DNA of 64,000 nt from Camelus dromedarius (Eukaryota): positions 6,200,001 through 6,264,000 of the forward strand of contig NC_087462.1 in NCBI RefSeq assembly GCF_036321535.1. The letters run 5' to 3'. The translations under genes and the position numbers were made by a program. Of the stretch, positions 60,283-64,000 are shown one piece after another (the first letter of the stretch is position 1; every line of letters starts with the position of its first letter). The notes beneath the pieces were generated by a model that saw only the letters and a list, made by a program, of their open reading frames with translations, did no database searches and was not told the DNA's origin.

Positions 60283-63200
60283 GTAGGTGCCTCGGGGGAC
60301 CGCGAACCTGGGGGGGAGGCACGGCGCTGGGGTGGGGGGTCGCTTCCCCTCGGGGTTGCCCGTGGCCGCCGCTGACAGACGGGCGCGCATGCGTGGGATG
60401 GCGCGGCGCGCGGCGGCAGTTGGCGCGGGCAGGGTGGCACTTCCGGTCGCGCGCGCCCCTGGCCGTTTGGCGCCAAAATGGGCCGAGGGCCCTCACAGCT
60501 CCCTGGTGACTAGAAACTTGGGGTCTCTTCTGACCTCAGTTAGAGCAAGCTTTGGGTTTGCCTCCGGGATCCCCTTCCCCGAGCAGCTGCGGGCCCGGCC
60601 CTTGCCGCCAGTCTGGTCGCGCAGGAAGTGGGCAGCCCGCGGCCTCAGGATACCCCTCAGCCCGGGCACTTCGGCCTCCACTTCCGGTGCCCGGTTTGCT
60701 GGGGGGGCTGTCGGGCCGATCTGGTCCCTGGGGGTGTCTTGGGGGGCCCCCTCGGTGCCCCCACACCACACATCCCGATGGCAGCCTTCAGAGACCGACG
60801 TCGCCGGTTGGGGCCCGGGCGCGGCCGTCTCAGGTTTGCGAGCCCCATTTTCCTGGGGAGCTCCCTCCACCTCCTCACACAGCTAGGGAAGTTGCATTCT
60901 GGAAGGAACTCAATGTGCAGTGAGGGCTGGGACTCGGGCAGCGTGAAAGCTGAGTGGTTTCTTTATAGTAAATCTGTGTCTATGAGCCTGGGCATCAGGG
61001 AACCCTTGCTAGGGAAAACAGGCTGCAGTTTCCGGGGGGGGGGGTCGTGAAGGGGCAGCAGTTAATGTCGGGGACTGGCTACAGCTATTCTGTGCACATG
61101 GGTCAGCGGGAAGACCCACACCCCCTCCACCCCTTGTTCGCGAAGGGCTATTTCACTCCTGGAAACTTGCAAACCTCTCTTGGAACACTAGTCACAGTAA
61201 CCTTGACCATCCCGAAAAGAACACTTCCAACCAGATTTGTGAACCCAGTTTTGCCATTTCCCTATTTCCTTGTGCTTGTTTCCCATAACTGTGCCGGGCC
61301 AGTTCTGATCTGGGATTTTAGGGGTAGATTGTATGTGCTGGGGGTATTTGAGTCTCCCTACCAGGTGGCAGACCACTTCTTAATCACAATTGGAGGTTGG
61401 TGTGCCTTGCTGAAGCATCACTATCTATCTTCCCAAGATATAACATGACTTAAAATGGAAATTGAGTAATGAAAATACCTGGCTTCATTGTAGACTTAAT
61501 ACAGAGAAGTTTGAGCCCAGCCTTCCTTACTTTGGTGAGAATGTACCTCCACTGACTCGTTTATGACCTTGGCTAAGTGTCATAAACAGGTTACATCTGT
61601 GGACGAGGAATTGTTAACATGGGCATTAAACTGGTATTGGATTCATTGAGAATATGCCTGGTACATAGAGGGCCACGTGTTAGCATTGTTATTGACTAAG
61701 CTAGCTTGCTTTTTTCAGTTCTGCTAATTGTATAAAACACTTTACATTATCTCATTTAATCCTCAAGTGTTCTCAAGAGTTGTTGCCACAGGAGTTCACT
61801 GCGAGGAAGCAAGGATTCCTGCTGAGGTCTGCTTCTTGCCAAAACCTTTCCCTTCAGCTAGGGGTTTTATTGGGCCAGAGCAAGTGTTTTGTTTGGCTGA
61901 ATTTGAATGTTCTTAGGTGAGTGTTACAATCCACCATTCACCCTAGGTTCCATATTACTTTGAACTAGAATTGCCTACTGTAGATATGGAGTTTGGGGTT
62001 TCTGCCTCAGACCATTGACATTGTCAGCTTACATGACCCTCTCAATGGCTCTTCTTAAATTTTGAATATCCGCATACAAAATACACAAACATGGTATTCA
62101 ATACTCCCTTATACCTTCTTGTGAATGGAGGTATAGCTCTTCTTGATTCATGAAAATTAAAAGTATAATCCATAATGAGTTACCTGAGTCAAGTAGAATA
62201 CTCTAGGAACAAAATTTAGGCCTGTCCTCACTCAGAAATCTTGTCACTTACGCTAACTTGTGTTTATATAACAGCTTGTTTTAAAACTCATGTACAATTA
62301 CATTAGGTATGTAATGATACTGGAAAGTATTTTCAATGTTTGAGTTTTTAAGTCTTAACTCTTGAAGTATTTTATATTTTACATCCTAAGTCTTCTAAAA
62401 ATCATGGCTTTCAGGACAAGCCACATATTTTCCACTTGCTTTTTCTTACTCTGTCTAAGCCACCATCTTTTGTCTAGGAAAAGCAGTAGTCTCCCATTTT
62501 TGTTTCGGTTGCCACTCAGGTCTGTTTTCTATAAGTGGAAACTGATCCTCTTATGGCATAAGTTAGATCCAAAGGTTGTCCTGCCCCATACACTGCCTGA
62601 TGCACTTGGCCTGAAGTCCAGGATCCCCATCCACTTGGCCTGACTCATCTTGTGCTCTTTTCCTCATAAGCCACACAGGCTGCCTTTTAGGTTCTCAGGG
62701 TCTGAGACCTTGCAGAGCAACCAGTGTGAGGCTAGGCTCCACCTACCGTCTCTCCATGCTGGCTACCGTCTGTAAGACTGCTCAGAAAGACAGTCCCTGT
62801 TCCCCACGACAAGAAGAGTGCTGAATTCTGTCAGGGCGTCCTGCATGCTGCCTTTGCAGCTCCGGAGTTGATGCTGATTTGTTGTCTGAGCATGTTTGCT
62901 ACATTTATTGTGTCTGCAGCTGGGTGTCCAGTTGACCATCGAGTAATTGTATGCCAGACTTGCTCCTTCAGTGAAGCTTGGATTTATATATTCATTCTAG
63001 TCCCCTCCTTGCACAACTGATTTAGTCTTTGTAACTATGATAAATTTCTCATCGGCAGGCCACTCTTGATTAGATTAGGCTGTCTTGAAGTTCTTAACTA
63101 GTTCCATGGCTCCTGAATAGGTAGGAATGGAGGTCAAACCGACCTTTTCTAGTTCTCTCCTGCAGTAGGATTCTAGAGGTGCAGATTACTGGGATTCAAA

Positions 63201-63359
63201 TCCCACCCTACCACTTGCCAGCTGTATGACTAAGTTGTCTAACCTCCTGGTGCTTTATCTATAAAATGGGATGGAGGTGCCCACTCCACAGGGGCATCGT
63301 GAGCACTAGGCTGATAGATGTTAACGTGGTAGGAAACCTTCACAGAAACCTTCACAGAT

Positions 63360-63948
63360 CAGCTGTGTGTTTCATTTCCATGAAGGGGGGGTCTAATTTA
63401 AAGTACCAACTTGCAGGTGTGACACTAAGGCAGATATTAATATAGCAGACAGATAATAATATAGCAGTGTAAACCTGCTTATTCCAACTGTCCTTTTTGC
63501 CTGGCTTCTTGTAAAGTGGTCTAGGCTTGCTGTTTTTGCTGCCACCTGATTCAAGTCGTTGGCAGAATTCAGTTCTTTGTGCGGTTATAAGACTGAGGTC
63601 CCTCTTCTCTTGCTGGCTGTAAGATGAGGGCCATTCCCAACTTCTGGAGGTGATGGCATCCTTTGGCTCATGGGCACCTTCCTCCCTCTTTAAAACCACC
63701 AAAGCCAGTTCTCACATCACATCTGTAGTCACATCTCTTGAGATGCAGCTGGCAAGTTTCTCTGCTCTTAGGATTTAAGTGATTTGACTAGGCCTACCTG
63801 GGTAATCCAAGATTACCTCCCCCACTTCAAGGGCTGTCACCTTAATCACATCTGCAAAGTCCCTTTTACCATGTAAAGTAACATAGTCACAGGTCTTGGG
63901 GAATTAGAGTGTGGACATCTTTGGGGTGTCCATTATCCTTCCTACCAC
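63360..63948 (-). mobile_element. MLT1-family (MaLR) LTR in DNMT1 intron 1
   Basis: GGCAGAATTCAGTTCTTTG..TTAATCACATCTGCAAAGTCCCTTTTACCATGTAA..CCTACCACA. Confidence 0.75.
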
Positions 63949-64000
63949 AAGTACTACCTCTGGTAGCTCTACCCACCCACCATGCAGCCAGTTATAAGGG

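Noticed and set aside
63333-63356. 12-bp tandem duplication GAAACCTTCACA
   Set aside because: Local slippage at a MIR/MLT1 junction; no functional indication.

Overview
Mammalian genomic DNA, almost certainly a camelid. The species call rests on six copies of a tRNA-derived SINE matching the camelid Vic-1 type and on artiodactyl-type L1 3' ends. The window is syntenic with human 19p13.2. Gene order: ICAM5 (exons 1-6, running off the left end), ICAM4, ICAM1 and MRPL4 on the minus strand; S1PR2 and the first coding exon of DNMT1 on the plus strand. I traced every exon to GT/AG boundaries and the reading frames join. No prokaryotic features (CRISPR etc.) are present, and there are two assembly gaps. 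The most interesting signals are at the DNMT1 5' end. (1) A candidate orthologue of the oocyte-specific exon 1o lies at about 52380-52542. It carries NOBOX-type and E-box motifs and, unlike the mouse exon, tandem ATGs in frame with DNMT1. (2) The frame upstream of the somatic ATG is open and would add an Arg-rich, acid-free N-terminal extension. Other leads: an S1PR2 ICL2 Leu-to-Pro change next to the deafness residue Y140, a short S1PR2 uORF, a palindromic double CRE, a phased CCAAT triad inside S1PR2 intron 1, a MIR4322-like segment, and a short orphan retrocopy. All cross-species comparisons are from memory of the human/mouse sequences and need alignment to confirm.
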